Under the pieces are notes generated by a model that ran no database searches, was not told the DNA's origin, and worked only from the letters and a program-made list of their open reading frames with translations. DNA of 64,000 nucleotides, taken from Gammaproteobacteria bacterium. Its GTDB lineage: Bacteria > Pseudomonadota > Gammaproteobacteria > Natronospirales > REEB76. Both the position numbers and the translations under genes were made by a program. Of this stretch, positions 38,899 to 48,076 are shown piece by piece; the stretch's first letter is position 1; every line of letters starts with the position of its first letter. Location of the stretch: positions 26,552 through 90,551 of the forward strand of contig DATEHU010000059.1 of assembly GCA_035279405.1 (NCBI GenBank), given 5' to 3'.

Positions 38899-39449
38899 AG
38901 CTTTGCATCCGTCTCCAGGTCGGCCCAGCGCCGCATGCGCGCATAGGCGCGCGCGAGCTGGGATTTCGAAAAACTCGGTGTGGCGCGCATGCACTGGGCG
39001 ATCTCGTCGTGGGTGTAGCCTTCGACGTCATGCAGCCATACCACCGCGCGCGCGGCCTGCGGCAATTCTTCCAGCGCGCGTTCCATATCCAGCACGTCCT
39101 GCCAGCGGCCGCTGTCGTCCTGGCGCAGCGCTTCGGCTTCCTGCGGCATCGCCGCGCGGTAGCGCAGCCAGGGCGAGCGCAACTGCATGAGACAGCGGTT
39201 CACCGCGATGCGCCGGATCCACATGCCCACCGGCGCCTCGCCGCGGAAGGCCGGCAGACCGCGCATCACTTCCACGAACGTATCCTGCATTGCATCCTCG
39301 GCCAGTTCGGGCTTTACCAGCAGCCGGCTGGCGAGCGTGTACACCGCCGTGGCGAATTGCTCATAAAGGCGCGCTTGGGCGGCGCGCTCACCGGCGCAGG
39401 CACGCGCCAGGATTCCGGCCTCCACCGCCTGATTAAACGAGCCGCTCAT
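38874..39449 (-). CDS. ECF-type RNA polymerase sigma-70 family factor
   Basis: Start at ATG 39449. Region 2 (LYEQFATAVYTLASRLL...AEDAMQDTFVEVMRGLPAFRGEAPVGMWIRRIAVNRCL) and region 4 (LPQAARAVVWLHDVEGYTHDEIAQCM...SKSQLARA). Confidence 0.9.
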   Translation of the reverse strand: MSGSFNQAVEAGILARACAGERAAQARLYEQFATAVYTLASRLLVKPELAEDAMQDTFVEVMRGLPAFRGEAPVGMWIRRIAVNRCLMQLRSPWLRYRAAMPQEAEALRQDDSGRWQDVLDMERALEELPQAARAVVWLHDVEGYTHDEIAQCMRATPSFSKSQLARAYARMRRWADLETDAKLCTPVLNN

Positions 39450-39479
39450 GGATACTAGGATGCGCGGGCGGGCCAATAA

Positions 39480-39506
39480 GTCGCAACTCATGCAGAAAAA
39501 TGTTCC
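39480..39506 (-). promoter_or_regulatory. Candidate ECF-type autoregulated promoter (GGAAC-N18-CGAC)
   Basis: The minus strand reads GGAACatttttctgcatgagttgCGAC, ending about 30 nt upstream of the sigma ATG. It resembles the generic ECF -35 GGAAC / -10 CGxC pattern. No experimental support. Confidence 0.3.
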
Positions 39507-39566
39507 GGCCCCGGGAAGATTTCCCTATACTGTGCGCCTTTGCGCGGCCCGTGCCGCGCGCCCCTG

Positions 39567-39654
39567 GCCCGGATGGCGGAACTGGTAGACGCGCGGGACT
39601 CAAAATCCCGTATCCCTTAAAGATGTGTGGGTTCGACTCCCTCTCCGGGCACCA
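39567..39654 (+). tRNA. tRNA-Leu (anticodon CAA)
   Basis: Hand fold: acceptor GCCCGGA/TCCGGGC, anticodon stem CGGGA/TCCCG with loop CTCAAAA, a long variable arm, T-loop TTCGACT (T-stem has one mismatch), and an encoded CCA. Confidence 0.85.
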
Positions 39655-39776
39655 ATTGATCATATCGACGCCGCGTACGACCAAGCCCTCCCTGGCACGC
39701 CAGCCAGCCCGCACTTCCTGTGCGGGCGCTCGAAGCTTCGCTTCTCGCCCCTGGCGCGAAGTCCAGCCCCGACATC

Positions 39777-39816
39777 CATGTCGGGGCGTTCGGGCCGATG
39801 CGAGCGGTGCTCGCAT
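39777..39816. repeat. 40-bp direct repeat, copy 1 (family D)
   Basis: catgtcggggcgttcgggccgatgcgagcggtgctcgcat is 39/40 identical to 40654-40693. It overlaps the perfect hairpin ccccgacat/atgtcgggg. Confidence 0.85.
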
Positions 39817-39832
39817 CAAAACACGGCCCTCA

Positions 39833-39849
39833 CCCTCTCCGGGCACCAA
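39833..39849. repeat. 17-nt direct duplication of the tRNA-Leu 3' end (att-like)
   Basis: ccctctccgggcaccaa at 39833-39849 is identical to 39639-39655, which is the tRNA T-stem/acceptor 3' half plus CCA plus 1 nt. Confidence 0.7.
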
Positions 39850-40071
39850 ATAAACTAAACGCGTCATGCTCACTGAACCATCCTTGGTAGGCTGACCTGC
39901 CGCCGCTTCCCTGCGGCGGCGCTCGGGCGGAAGCAACCTGTGTTTGCGCAGAACCTCGTGCTCACCCTTATTCTGGCGCCATTTACGGGAAGTTGCTGTT
40001 ATGTACCAGGATTCCCGCTTTCATCACGCCCTGGGGTAAGCGATAATCCGCTAACTGCAGAGGACAGAGAC

Positions 40072-40287
40072 ATGTTTCAAATAGATTTCGAACGCGAAAC
40101 CGATGGCCGCTGGCTGGCGGAGATTCCACCGCTGCCCGGCGTGATGGCTTATGGGAGCGACCGCGACGAGGCCCGCCGCAAAGCGGAAGCTTTGGCCTTG
40201 CACGTTCTAGCGGAACGGCTGGAACACGGTGAACGTCTGCCGCAGGCTGCCGATGAAACGGTTGCGAAGCTCTTTGCAACGGCATGA
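40072..40287 (+). CDS. hicB: HicB-family antitoxin (UPF0150-like N-domain)
   Basis: ATG 40072 follows AGGACAGAGA. MFQIDFERETDGRWLAEIPPLPGVMAYGSDRDEARRKAEALALHVL. Its stop overlaps the ATG of the hicA-like frame (ATGA). Confidence 0.7.
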   Translation: MFQIDFERETDGRWLAEIPPLPGVMAYGSDRDEARRKAEALALHVLAERLEHGERLPQAADETVAKLFATA

Positions 40288-40496
40288 GCGTATAGCCGGC
40301 CACGCGGGCTAACCAGGTATTGGCCGCCTTGCTGCGTATCGGTTGGCAGATCAAACGGCAGCGTGGTTCTCATCGCACGCTCAAACGCGAGGGCTGGCCG
40401 GATTACGTTTTCCCATTTCACAACCGCGACGAAATCGGACCACGCATGTTGGCGAGAATCTCAAAGCACACCGGCCTGAAACCCGAACACCTCTGA
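40284..40496 (+). pseudogene. hicA: HicA-family mRNA interferase toxin with in-frame TAG at codon 4
   Basis: Hand translation: ATG AGC GTA TAG then PATRANQVLAALLRIGWQIKRQRGSHRTLKREGWPDYVFPFHNRDEIGPRMLARISKHTGLKPEHL-stop. The G-S-H core and ...GLKP tail are HicA-like. A TTG at 40320 could restart a 58-aa product, which is below the ORF-track cutoff. Confidence 0.6.
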
Positions 40497-40653
40497 ACCA
40501 AATCACCAATCTCGACGCAGACGCCCGAGCAAGCATTGCGGCCTGGAGTACGCCGTTTTCGCTTCTGGTTCTCGTTTGGCAGCTTAAGGGGAATTCTTAT
40601 GCTATCCGGGGCCCACATCCCTGATGCACCCGCGTAAAGCTCCGCTTCCCGCC

Positions 40654-40693
40654 CATGTCGGGGCGTTCGGGCCGATGCGAGCGGTGCCCGCAT
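40654..40693. repeat. 40-bp direct repeat, copy 2 (family D)
   Basis: catgtcggggcgttcgggccgatgcgagcggtgcccgcat. See copy 1. Confidence 0.85.
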
Positions 40694-40777
40694 GAAAGTA
40701 CGGCGGTAGCGCAACAGCTTATCGGCGCCTTATGATGCCGCACCGCACGTGCCCGCGTGCGCACTGGTCGAAAGCCC

Positions 40778-42175
40778 ATGAACAACACCAATAAATCATC
40801 GGGCATGGATGCAACGCTGCCCTCCTCCGGCGTGATGACCGCAGCGCAAGTGCTTGCGCGCCAGGACCGCATCCCCGTATGGACGCTACCGCGCTGGTAT
40901 CTGGTGGTCATCGGCATCGGATATTTTTTCACCTTCTTCGACATCGCCGACATCGGCTATGCGATGCCGGCCATCGCGGAGCAGTTCGAACTCACCGGTT
41001 CGGAAACGCTGTTCGTCGCGCTCGCGCTTGGCCTGGTCGGCTACGTGATCGGTTCGATCGTGATCGGCGCAATTGCCGATCGCGTGGGCCGCTACCGCAC
41101 GCTGATTGTGACGCTCACGATCACCGCCATCGGCTCGTTCCTGGATGCCACCGCGACCGGCATCGTGACGCTCTCCATCTGGCGCTTCGTGACCGGCATC
41201 GGCGTGGGCGCCGATCTGAATCTCGTGTCCACCTACATCGGCGAGCTGGCGCCGGCAAGCAAGCGCGGTCGCATTTCCACACTCACGTTTCTCGTCGGCA
41301 TCCTCGGCCAGGCGGTGACGCCGTTCGTGGCGCTTGCGCTGGTGCCGAATTTCAGTTTCGGCTGGCGGCTCATGTTCATCATCGGCGGCCTGATCGCATC
41401 CATCGGCGTGATTGCGCGCGCTCAATTGCCGGAATCCCCGCGCTGGCTGGCGCTGCACGGGCGCGTGGCCGAGGCCGACGCGGTGGTGCGCCGCATGGAA
41501 GCCGGCGCTGCCGCGAAAGGCATTACGCTTCCCGAGCCGCGCCTCACGGAAGTGTCCGACACGCGCCACGCCTTCCCGTTCCGCGCGCTGTTCGCTCCGC
41601 CCTACGGCTCACGGCTCGCGCTGCTCGCCGCGATGTGGTTCTTCTGGTACATCGGCAACTACGGATTTCTGGGTGACGCCGCGTCGCTCATCGCGGCGCA
41701 CGGCTTCGCGGTCGGGAGTTCCATCCTGTTCCTCGGCGTCGGCGCCATCGGCTACCCGGTGGGCGCGCTCATCATGGCGTTCATCGCCGACCGCGTGGAG
41801 CGGCGCCTGCTGATCTTCGGCTCCACCATCGTGTGGCTGATCGGCATGCTGCTGATCGGCACCAAAGCCGGCGAGGTGGTGTTGATTGTCGGCTCGTTTG
41901 TGGCCTCGCTCGCGCTCGGCCTGTATCTGCAGGTGGCCTACACCTACACCGCGGAACTCTTCCCGACGCGCGCACGCGCGAGCGGCTTCTCGCTCTCCGA
42001 CGGCATCGGCCACTGCGGCGGCGCGGTGGGCGCACTGCTGTTGCCAACGGCGGTGGGCGCGCTGTCGTTTTTCACCGGATTCCTCGGCATCGGCGTGACC
42101 GGCCTGATCGCCGGATTGATCGCGCTCGCCGGTCCGCGCACCAGCGGAAGGCGGCTCGAAGAGGTTTCGCACTGA
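40778..42175 (+). CDS. MFS transporter (sugar-porter/metabolite:H+ symporter-like)
   Basis: 12-TM profile. Motif A-like GAIADRVGRYRT and ADRVERRLL, and PESPRWL between TM6 and TM7. Start at ATG 40778. Confidence 0.85.
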   Translation: MNNTNKSSGMDATLPSSGVMTAAQVLARQDRIPVWTLPRWYLVVIGIGYFFTFFDIADIGYAMPAIAEQFELTGSETLFVALALGLVGYVIGSIVIGAIADRVGRYRTLIVTLTITAIGSFLDATATGIVTLSIWRFVTGIGVGADLNLVSTYIGELAPASKRGRISTLTFLVGILGQAVTPFVALALVPNFSFGWRLMFIIGGLIASIGVIARAQLPESPRWLALHGRVAEADAVVRRMEAGAAAKGITLPEPRLTEVSDTRHAFPFRALFAPPYGSRLALLAAMWFFWYIGNYGFLGDAASLIAAHGFAVGSSILFLGVGAIGYPVGALIMAFIADRVERRLLIFGSTIVWLIGMLLIGTKAGEVVLIVGSFVASLALGLYLQVAYTYTAELFPTRARASGFSLSDGIGHCGGAVGALLLPTAVGALSFFTGFLGIGVTGLIAGLIALAGPRTSGRRLEEVSH

Positions 42176-42412
42176 GCTGCGTCGGTCGCGGAACTGAGGC
42201 GCACGGTCTCTGCGGATGACGCAGACTTGAATACACGCAGCGCAAGTTTCATAATTGTCGTGGTCATTGGATTGTTCCGGCATTCACCACACTGGGTATC
42301 CGCCTTCTTTTATCAGTCTCACGATTAACTCTGCTCAAATTGCTCGCCACATCCTCAAACAAGCTCACCGGCGCGGCCCGCAACCGTTCCCTAAAGGTCC
42401 CCGGGCCAGGCT

Positions 42413-44959
42413 GTGCCTGAAAACCGCCACACGATCGAAGTCATCCCCGCCCTGCCAGCCCCACTGGCGCGTCTCGCGGACCTGGCCGAAAACCTCATGT
42501 TCAGCTGGGACCGCCGCATCCGCGACCTGTTCTATTTCATGGATGCCGAGCTGTGGGACAGTTGCAACCACAACCCCAAGGTATTCCTGCGGCGCCTGTC
42601 GCAGGTACGCCTCGACCAACTGGCCCGTGACCCGGCGTTCCTGCACCAGTACGCCGAGGTGCTGGCACGCTTTGACCGCTACCTGAAACAAAAAGGTGAC
42701 TTCCCCGACGCCGAAGTACGGCCCATGGACCAGCAAACCGTGGCGTACTTCTGCATGGAGTATGGCTTGCACGAGAGTCTGCCTTTGTATTCCGGGGGGC
42801 TCGGCGTGCTGGCCGGCGACTACTGCAAGGCGGCCAGCGATTCCGGCCTGCCGTTCGTTGCCATCGGCTTGATGTATCGGCTCGGCTATTTCACCCAGAC
42901 CATCAACGCCGCCGGTGAGCAGCAGGCGCATTACCATCCGGTTCCCATTGAAGACCTGCCGGTGCGGCCGGCACTGGATGCCGCCGGCTCCCAAATCAAG
43001 GTGCAGGTCGCGATCGCGGACCGGCGCGTGGCGCTGCTGGTGTGGGAACTGGCGATCGGCAACGTGCGCCTGTTCCTGCTCGACTCGGACCTGCCGGAAA
43101 ACACCGCGCAGGACCGGTCCATCACCTACCAGCTGTATGGCGGTGACGCCAGTACGCGCATCACGCAGGAAATCGTGCTCGGCATCGGCGGAGTGCGGGC
43201 GCTGGGCGCTCTCAACATCCATCCGGCGGTTTGGCATATCAACGAGGGACACGCGGCATTTTCGGTGCTGGAGCGCTGTCGCGAGCACTTGCAGTCCGCC
43301 GGCCTGGATTTCGCCACGGCACTCGAGCTCACGGCTTCCGCCACGCTGTTCACCACGCACACGCCGGTAGCCGCGGGGCATGACGTGTTCAATCGCGAGT
43401 TGATGCTGACGCATTTCAAGGCTTACGCCGGTGAACTGCGCATTTCCTTCGACGAACTCATGGCCCTGGGTGCTACACCCTCCCGCCCGGACAACTTCAA
43501 CATGACCGCGTTGGCACTACGTGGCTCGCGCTGGCACAACGGCGTAAGCCGCGTGCATCGCAAGGTGGCCGCACACATGGAGGGTCATGTCTGGCCGCAG
43601 GTGCCACCGCAAGACAATCCCATGGATTACGTCACCAACGGCGTGCATGCGCGCACCTTTCTGGCGCGCCGCTGGGCATCATTTTTCGATGAACAACACC
43701 CCGACTGGCGCGAACACATCGCCGATGCCGAATACTGGCAACAGGTGTTGGCTAAAATCCCCGATGCGCGCTTCTGGAAACTGCGCCAGACGCTCAAACG
43801 CGAACTGCTGGCGAGTGCCCGCGGGATCCTGCAACGTCAGTTGCAGCGCAACAGCGTGGGCCGCCTGCGCGCCGAGCAGATGCTGGAGGGCCTGGATGAC
43901 AGCCGCGTGGACGCCCTGGTGATCGGTTTCGCACGCCGCTTCGCCACCTACAAGCGCGCACTGCTCCTGTTCCACGACCCACAGCGCCTGGCCAAGCTGC
44001 TGAACAACCGCGAACAGCCGGTCATCGTGCTGTTCTCCGGCAAGGCACACCCGCAGGACCAGCCCGGGCAGCAGATTATCCGGGAAATCAACCGTTACAC
44101 GCAGCAGCCGGAATTCGCGGGCAAAGTGTTTTTCCTCGAAGGCCACGATATCGCGCTCGAGCGCAAGCTGGTCACGGGCGTGGACCTGTGGCTCAACACT
44201 CCCGCGTACCAGCAGGAAGCCAGCGGTACCTCCGGCCAGAAGGTCGCCATCAACGGCGGCATCAACCTGAGCATGCTGGACGGCTGGTGGGAAGAAGGCT
44301 ACGACGGCGCCAACGGCTGGGCCATCCCGATGCACGACCCGGCGCTCGACGCGGAGCAGCGCAACCGCGTGGAAGCCGAGGATCTGCTCGATCTGCTGGA
44401 ACAGGAAGTGCTGCCGCTGTATTTCCGGCGCGACGCCGACGGCTTGCCGACCAAATGGATCAAGATTTCCAAACACTCGATGGAAAGCGTGCTGCCGCAT
44501 TACAGCATGCGGCGAATGCTGCTGGACTACCTGCAGCGCTTTTACCTGCCGGCCTTGCGCCACGGACGCAAGCTCGCGGACCAGAACGCCAATGCGGCGC
44601 GCACACTCGCCGCCTGGAAACAAACGATTCGCGCTCGCTGGCCGCAGGTGAACGCACACTGGCAGCAGCCGCCACCGGCGCGGCTGCATCTGGGCGAACA
44701 CCTGACCCTGTCGGTCATGGCAAACCTGGGCGAGCTCACTACCGCCGACGTGTACATGGACTGCCGCGTGGAAAATTCCGACAACGGCAGCGCATCAACA
44801 CTCGCCTTCACGCCGACGGCCACTGAAGGGCAAGCCACGCTCTACACGCTGGAGCTGACACCCGAGACCAGCGGGCTGATGCATCTCTCCGTGCGCCTGT
44901 ATCCGACGCATCCGCTGCTTGTGCATCGTTTCGAAATGGGCTGCCTGCTGGCGTTATAG
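42413..44959 (+). CDS. glgP: Alpha-glucan family phosphorylase (GT35 with DUF3417 N-domain)
   Basis: 848-aa ORF: LARLADLAENLMFSWD, YFCMEYGLHESLPLYSGGLGVLAGDYCKAASDSGLPFVAIGLMYRLGYFTQ, and the PLP site EASGTSGQKVAINGG. Confidence 0.9.
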   Translation: MPENRHTIEVIPALPAPLARLADLAENLMFSWDRRIRDLFYFMDAELWDSCNHNPKVFLRRLSQVRLDQLARDPAFLHQYAEVLARFDRYLKQKGDFPDAEVRPMDQQTVAYFCMEYGLHESLPLYSGGLGVLAGDYCKAASDSGLPFVAIGLMYRLGYFTQTINAAGEQQAHYHPVPIEDLPVRPALDAAGSQIKVQVAIADRRVALLVWELAIGNVRLFLLDSDLPENTAQDRSITYQLYGGDASTRITQEIVLGIGGVRALGALNIHPAVWHINEGHAAFSVLERCREHLQSAGLDFATALELTASATLFTTHTPVAAGHDVFNRELMLTHFKAYAGELRISFDELMALGATPSRPDNFNMTALALRGSRWHNGVSRVHRKVAAHMEGHVWPQVPPQDNPMDYVTNGVHARTFLARRWASFFDEQHPDWREHIADAEYWQQVLAKIPDARFWKLRQTLKRELLASARGILQRQLQRNSVGRLRAEQMLEGLDDSRVDALVIGFARRFATYKRALLLFHDPQRLAKLLNNREQPVIVLFSGKAHPQDQPGQQIIREINRYTQQPEFAGKVFFLEGHDIALERKLVTGVDLWLNTPAYQQEASGTSGQKVAINGGINLSMLDGWWEEGYDGANGWAIPMHDPALDAEQRNRVEAEDLLDLLEQEVLPLYFRRDADGLPTKWIKISKHSMESVLPHYSMRRMLLDYLQRFYLPALRHGRKLADQNANAARTLAAWKQTIRARWPQVNAHWQQPPPARLHLGEHLTLSVMANLGELTTADVYMDCRVENSDNGSASTLAFTPTATEGQATLYTLELTPETSGLMHLSVRLYPTHPLLVHRFEMGCLLAL

Positions 44960-44963
44960 GCCT

Positions 44964-46343
44964 TCAGTCACTGCGGCTGTAACGGCCGGCCAGTTCCCTG
45001 AGGTGCGACTGCAATTCCGTATTCAGGGCGTACGGCGCACACCGCCACGCCCAGTTCCCCTCGACCCGGCCCGGCGTGTTCATGCGCGCCTCTGATCCCA
45101 GAGCCAGACAATCCTGCAGTGGCAGCATGGCGAGCGCGCACACCGAGGCCATGGCCGCATGCACCAGGGGCCAGGGCATGGGCTCCGTGGGGCACCCCAA
45201 CTCGTTGAGCACGCGTTCGCGAACGCCGGTGTTGAGCGCCCGCCACCAGCCAAGCGTAGTGTCGGTATCGTGCGTGCCGGTGTATACCACATCCCTGGCC
45301 GCGTGATTTTTCGGCAGATGTGGATTGTGCGCGCCGTCCGAAAACGCAAACTGCAGCACACGCATGCCCGGCAGGCCGAACTCGGCACGCAACCGCTCGA
45401 CGGCGGGAGTGATATTGCCAAGGTTTTCGGCCACCAGTTGCAACGGCGCCAGTTCGCGTTGCAGCGCCGTGAACAGCGCCCGGCCAGGCACCTCCATCCA
45501 CGCGCCCTCGGCGGCGGATTGCGCTTGCACGGGAATACACCAGCTTGCCTCGAAGCCGCGGAAATGATCGAGACGCAGAATGTCGAAGAGCGAGGCCTGC
45601 ATCGCCAGCCGCGCGCGCCACCAGCGGAATCCGTCCTGCGCGAGCGGATCCCAGCGGTATTCGGGACAACCCCAGTTCTGTCCGTGCGCGGCAAAGTCAT
45701 CCGGCGGAGCTCCGGCCATTTGCGTCAACCGCCCGCTGGCGTCCACGGAAAAAAATTCTCGCCGGCTCCAGACATCCGCGCTGTCGTGCGCCACGAACAT
45801 CGGCAAATCGCCGAACAGGTACACGCCGGCACGCTGCGCATAGTGCCGCAACTGCCGCCAGGCGCTGAAGAACGCGTATTGCGCCCGACAGGTTCTCTCC
45901 ATGGCGCGCCGGCAACGTACGCGCGCCTGCACAAGCGCGTTGGGCTCCCGGTCGCGCGAAGCCCGCGGCCAGAGATACCAAGGTTGTCCGCCTTGCTCCT
46001 CCCGCAACGCGCAATACAGCGCATAGTCATCGAGCCAATGAGCCTGCGCGGAGCGGAATTCCTCGTACTCCGCATGCGGCGGAGACTGCGTGTATCCGTC
46101 CGGCAGCAATGCCGTGTTGCCGGCAAATACGGAGCTTGCTTGATAAGGTGACCCCGATGCATTCACCGGATTGAGCGGCAGCACCTGCCAGACACGGCAA
46201 CCCGCTGCGGCCAGAAAATCCACGAACCGGTATGCCTCGGTTCCCAGGCGGCCATGCGCTCCCGGACCCGGAAGCGAGGTGATATGCGCCGTGATTCCGA
46301 AACGGCGGCGACCAAGAATGGGCGGGAGCGGTGCCATGCTCAT
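44964..46343 (-). CDS. malQ: 4-alpha-glucanotransferase (amylomaltase, GH77)
   Basis: 459-aa ORF: GITAHITSLPG, WQVLPLNP, LRLDHFRGF, ENLGNITP, YTGTHDTDT. Confidence 0.9.
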   Translation of the reverse strand: MSMAPLPPILGRRRFGITAHITSLPGPGAHGRLGTEAYRFVDFLAAAGCRVWQVLPLNPVNASGSPYQASSVFAGNTALLPDGYTQSPPHAEYEEFRSAQAHWLDDYALYCALREEQGGQPWYLWPRASRDREPNALVQARVRCRRAMERTCRAQYAFFSAWRQLRHYAQRAGVYLFGDLPMFVAHDSADVWSRREFFSVDASGRLTQMAGAPPDDFAAHGQNWGCPEYRWDPLAQDGFRWWRARLAMQASLFDILRLDHFRGFEASWCIPVQAQSAAEGAWMEVPGRALFTALQRELAPLQLVAENLGNITPAVERLRAEFGLPGMRVLQFAFSDGAHNPHLPKNHAARDVVYTGTHDTDTTLGWWRALNTGVRERVLNELGCPTEPMPWPLVHAAMASVCALAMLPLQDCLALGSEARMNTPGRVEGNWAWRCAPYALNTELQSHLRELAGRYSRSD

Positions 46344-48028
46344 TGCGCGGGACGCATCGTGCCGCCACTGCCCTGCACGCTGCCGCGGCTGAACGGCTGC
46401 GAGAGTTCGTCGGACGGCGTCTCACGCATGAGACGATACAAGCCGGTCAACTGCATGCGGTACAGGCACTCCATGCGCGCCACGCTCGCGGCCTGATTCT
46501 CGTCGCCCGGCCACCAGAACCAGTCCGAGCCTTCGCACACCGCCAATTGCAACTCCAGACGTTCACGTTGCACGGCGTCCAGCCGGCCCGCGGCCAGCGC
46601 CGCATCACAATGCCGTCGCGCCTCCACCAGCAGATCCCAGGCACGGTTCTTGTCGGGGTGACCGATCCAGGTATCCAGGTTGCCTTTTACCCAGCTGCCG
46701 GCCACGAGCTTAGTCAACGGGCGCACCGGGACGCCGGCATCGTTTACGCATTGACTGAAGGTAGTCAGACGAAACCGGTCGTCTTGAACCAGCGCGCGAT
46801 ACACCGCGCTGAGGAAGTGATAGCCATTGTCCGGATAATGCTCCCAGGCGTTCTCGCCATCGAGCACGATGCTCACCACCCGGCCTGGATCGGTATGCGA
46901 CTCCGCGGCGATAGCCGCCAGCCGCGTAATCAAGTCCGCGACAGCGTCGTCCGCCTTCCAGGTCTTGTACTCGAAGCCGATCAGGTCCGACAGTTTGTCG
47001 TCGCGGAAAAACACCACGACCTTGTGCTCGCCCAATCGGTACGGACGATGTACCACGTCGGAAGATGCACCCGTTACTCCGAGGCTGTGCATCAATACCT
47101 GCTGGCCGCTGGCCACCCACGCGAATCCGGATGCGTCGAGCAGCGTAAGCGCCGCAGCGGACAGCGCGCCCTCTGACGGCCAACAGCCGGCTGGAGGCGC
47201 CGCGAAGCGTTGAGCATGAGAGCGGCGAGCTTGTTCGATGTGCCAGCGGGCACGGGCGGCTCCTTCCGGATAACTTGCCGCCACCGGCAGGGGCAAATCC
47301 GGATGCGCTTCGCGCGCCGCGTTGAAATCCAGCAGCAACGGCAGGATTGGATGCGCCCAGGGACTCATGCTGAGTTCTATCCGTCCGCCTTTAGCGAGTG
47401 CGCGATAGCGCGGCACGATGCCGCGCAACAGCTCGTGCATGACCAGCAGCAACTCGCGACGGTCGTCAGCGCTGTAGTGCTGCGTCTTTTGCACCAGACG
47501 CTGCACCCGGGGATCCGTGCGCCGCACCGTCTCGCCGAGCCACGCCAGGTGGCACCACACGAGGAGATCGCCCATGAAGTCCGCCTCCACGGAGGCGCTC
47601 GCATCCGGATGCGCCAGAATCCATTCGGCATGCTGCACAAGCGGGTGCAAGGCGTCAAAGCGCTCCAGCATGCGTGGGCGCGCCAATTCGCGGCAGACGC
47701 GCATCAGGTTGTCGCGGGACTCTCCGGCCTGGATCAGTTCCGGCTTGGCCAGCGCCGCGAGCAGCGGATCGCGCAAATTCCCGCGGCCGGCGAAAAAGTC
47801 CTCCAACTGGGCGCAGTAGTCCTCGATCTGCTCCAGCAGCACGGGCGAGAAATTGACCACCGCCACCGCACCCGGCTGGTTTTCCAGGTGCGCGGCCATG
47901 TCGGTGTAATCCTTGAGTCCGTGCAGATAACTCCAGGGCGCCAGGTATTCGCCGGACACCGGCTCACGATATTGCGGCTGGTGCATGTGCCAGCACAACA
48001 CCACGCGCAATTTGTGGTCAGCGGACAT
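46340..48028 (-). CDS. Glycoside hydrolase family 57 protein (long form)
   Basis: LRVVLCWHMHQPQYR is GH57 region 1. ELSMSPWAHPILPLL, GCWPSEGALS (catalytic Glu region) and VLDGENAWE follow. Start at ATG 48028 or 48052. The stop overlaps the malQ start. Confidence 0.85.
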   Translation of the reverse strand: MSADHKLRVVLCWHMHQPQYREPVSGEYLAPWSYLHGLKDYTDMAAHLENQPGAVAVVNFSPVLLEQIEDYCAQLEDFFAGRGNLRDPLLAALAKPELIQAGESRDNLMRVCRELARPRMLERFDALHPLVQHAEWILAHPDASASVEADFMGDLLVWCHLAWLGETVRRTDPRVQRLVQKTQHYSADDRRELLLVMHELLRGIVPRYRALAKGGRIELSMSPWAHPILPLLLDFNAAREAHPDLPLPVAASYPEGAARARWHIEQARRSHAQRFAAPPAGCWPSEGALSAAALTLLDASGFAWVASGQQVLMHSLGVTGASSDVVHRPYRLGEHKVVVFFRDDKLSDLIGFEYKTWKADDAVADLITRLAAIAAESHTDPGRVVSIVLDGENAWEHYPDNGYHFLSAVYRALVQDDRFRLTTFSQCVNDAGVPVRPLTKLVAGSWVKGNLDTWIGHPDKNRAWDLLVEARRHCDAALAAGRLDAVQRERLELQLAVCEGSDWFWWPGDENQAASVARMECLYRMQLTGLYRLMRETPSDELSQPFSRGSVQGSGGTMRPAQ

Positions 48029-48076
48029 CGCGAGGCACGCCTGGCCCGGCATTCACCGCTTTTCCGCGCGCCGGCA

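Noticed and set aside
39433-39936. 167-aa minus-strand ORF spanning the tRNA-Leu gene (and ORFs 39500-39853, 40418-40714)
   Set aside because: They overlap a well-folding tRNA and the family D repeats. The shared peptide MRAPLASARTPRHG simply reflects translation of the 40-bp repeat.
39940-40071. N-terminal 44-aa extension of hicB (track ORF 39940-40287)
   Set aside because: There is no homology-like signal in the extension. An internal ATG at 40072 has an AGGA-type RBS and gives a typical ~70-aa HicB N-domain protein.
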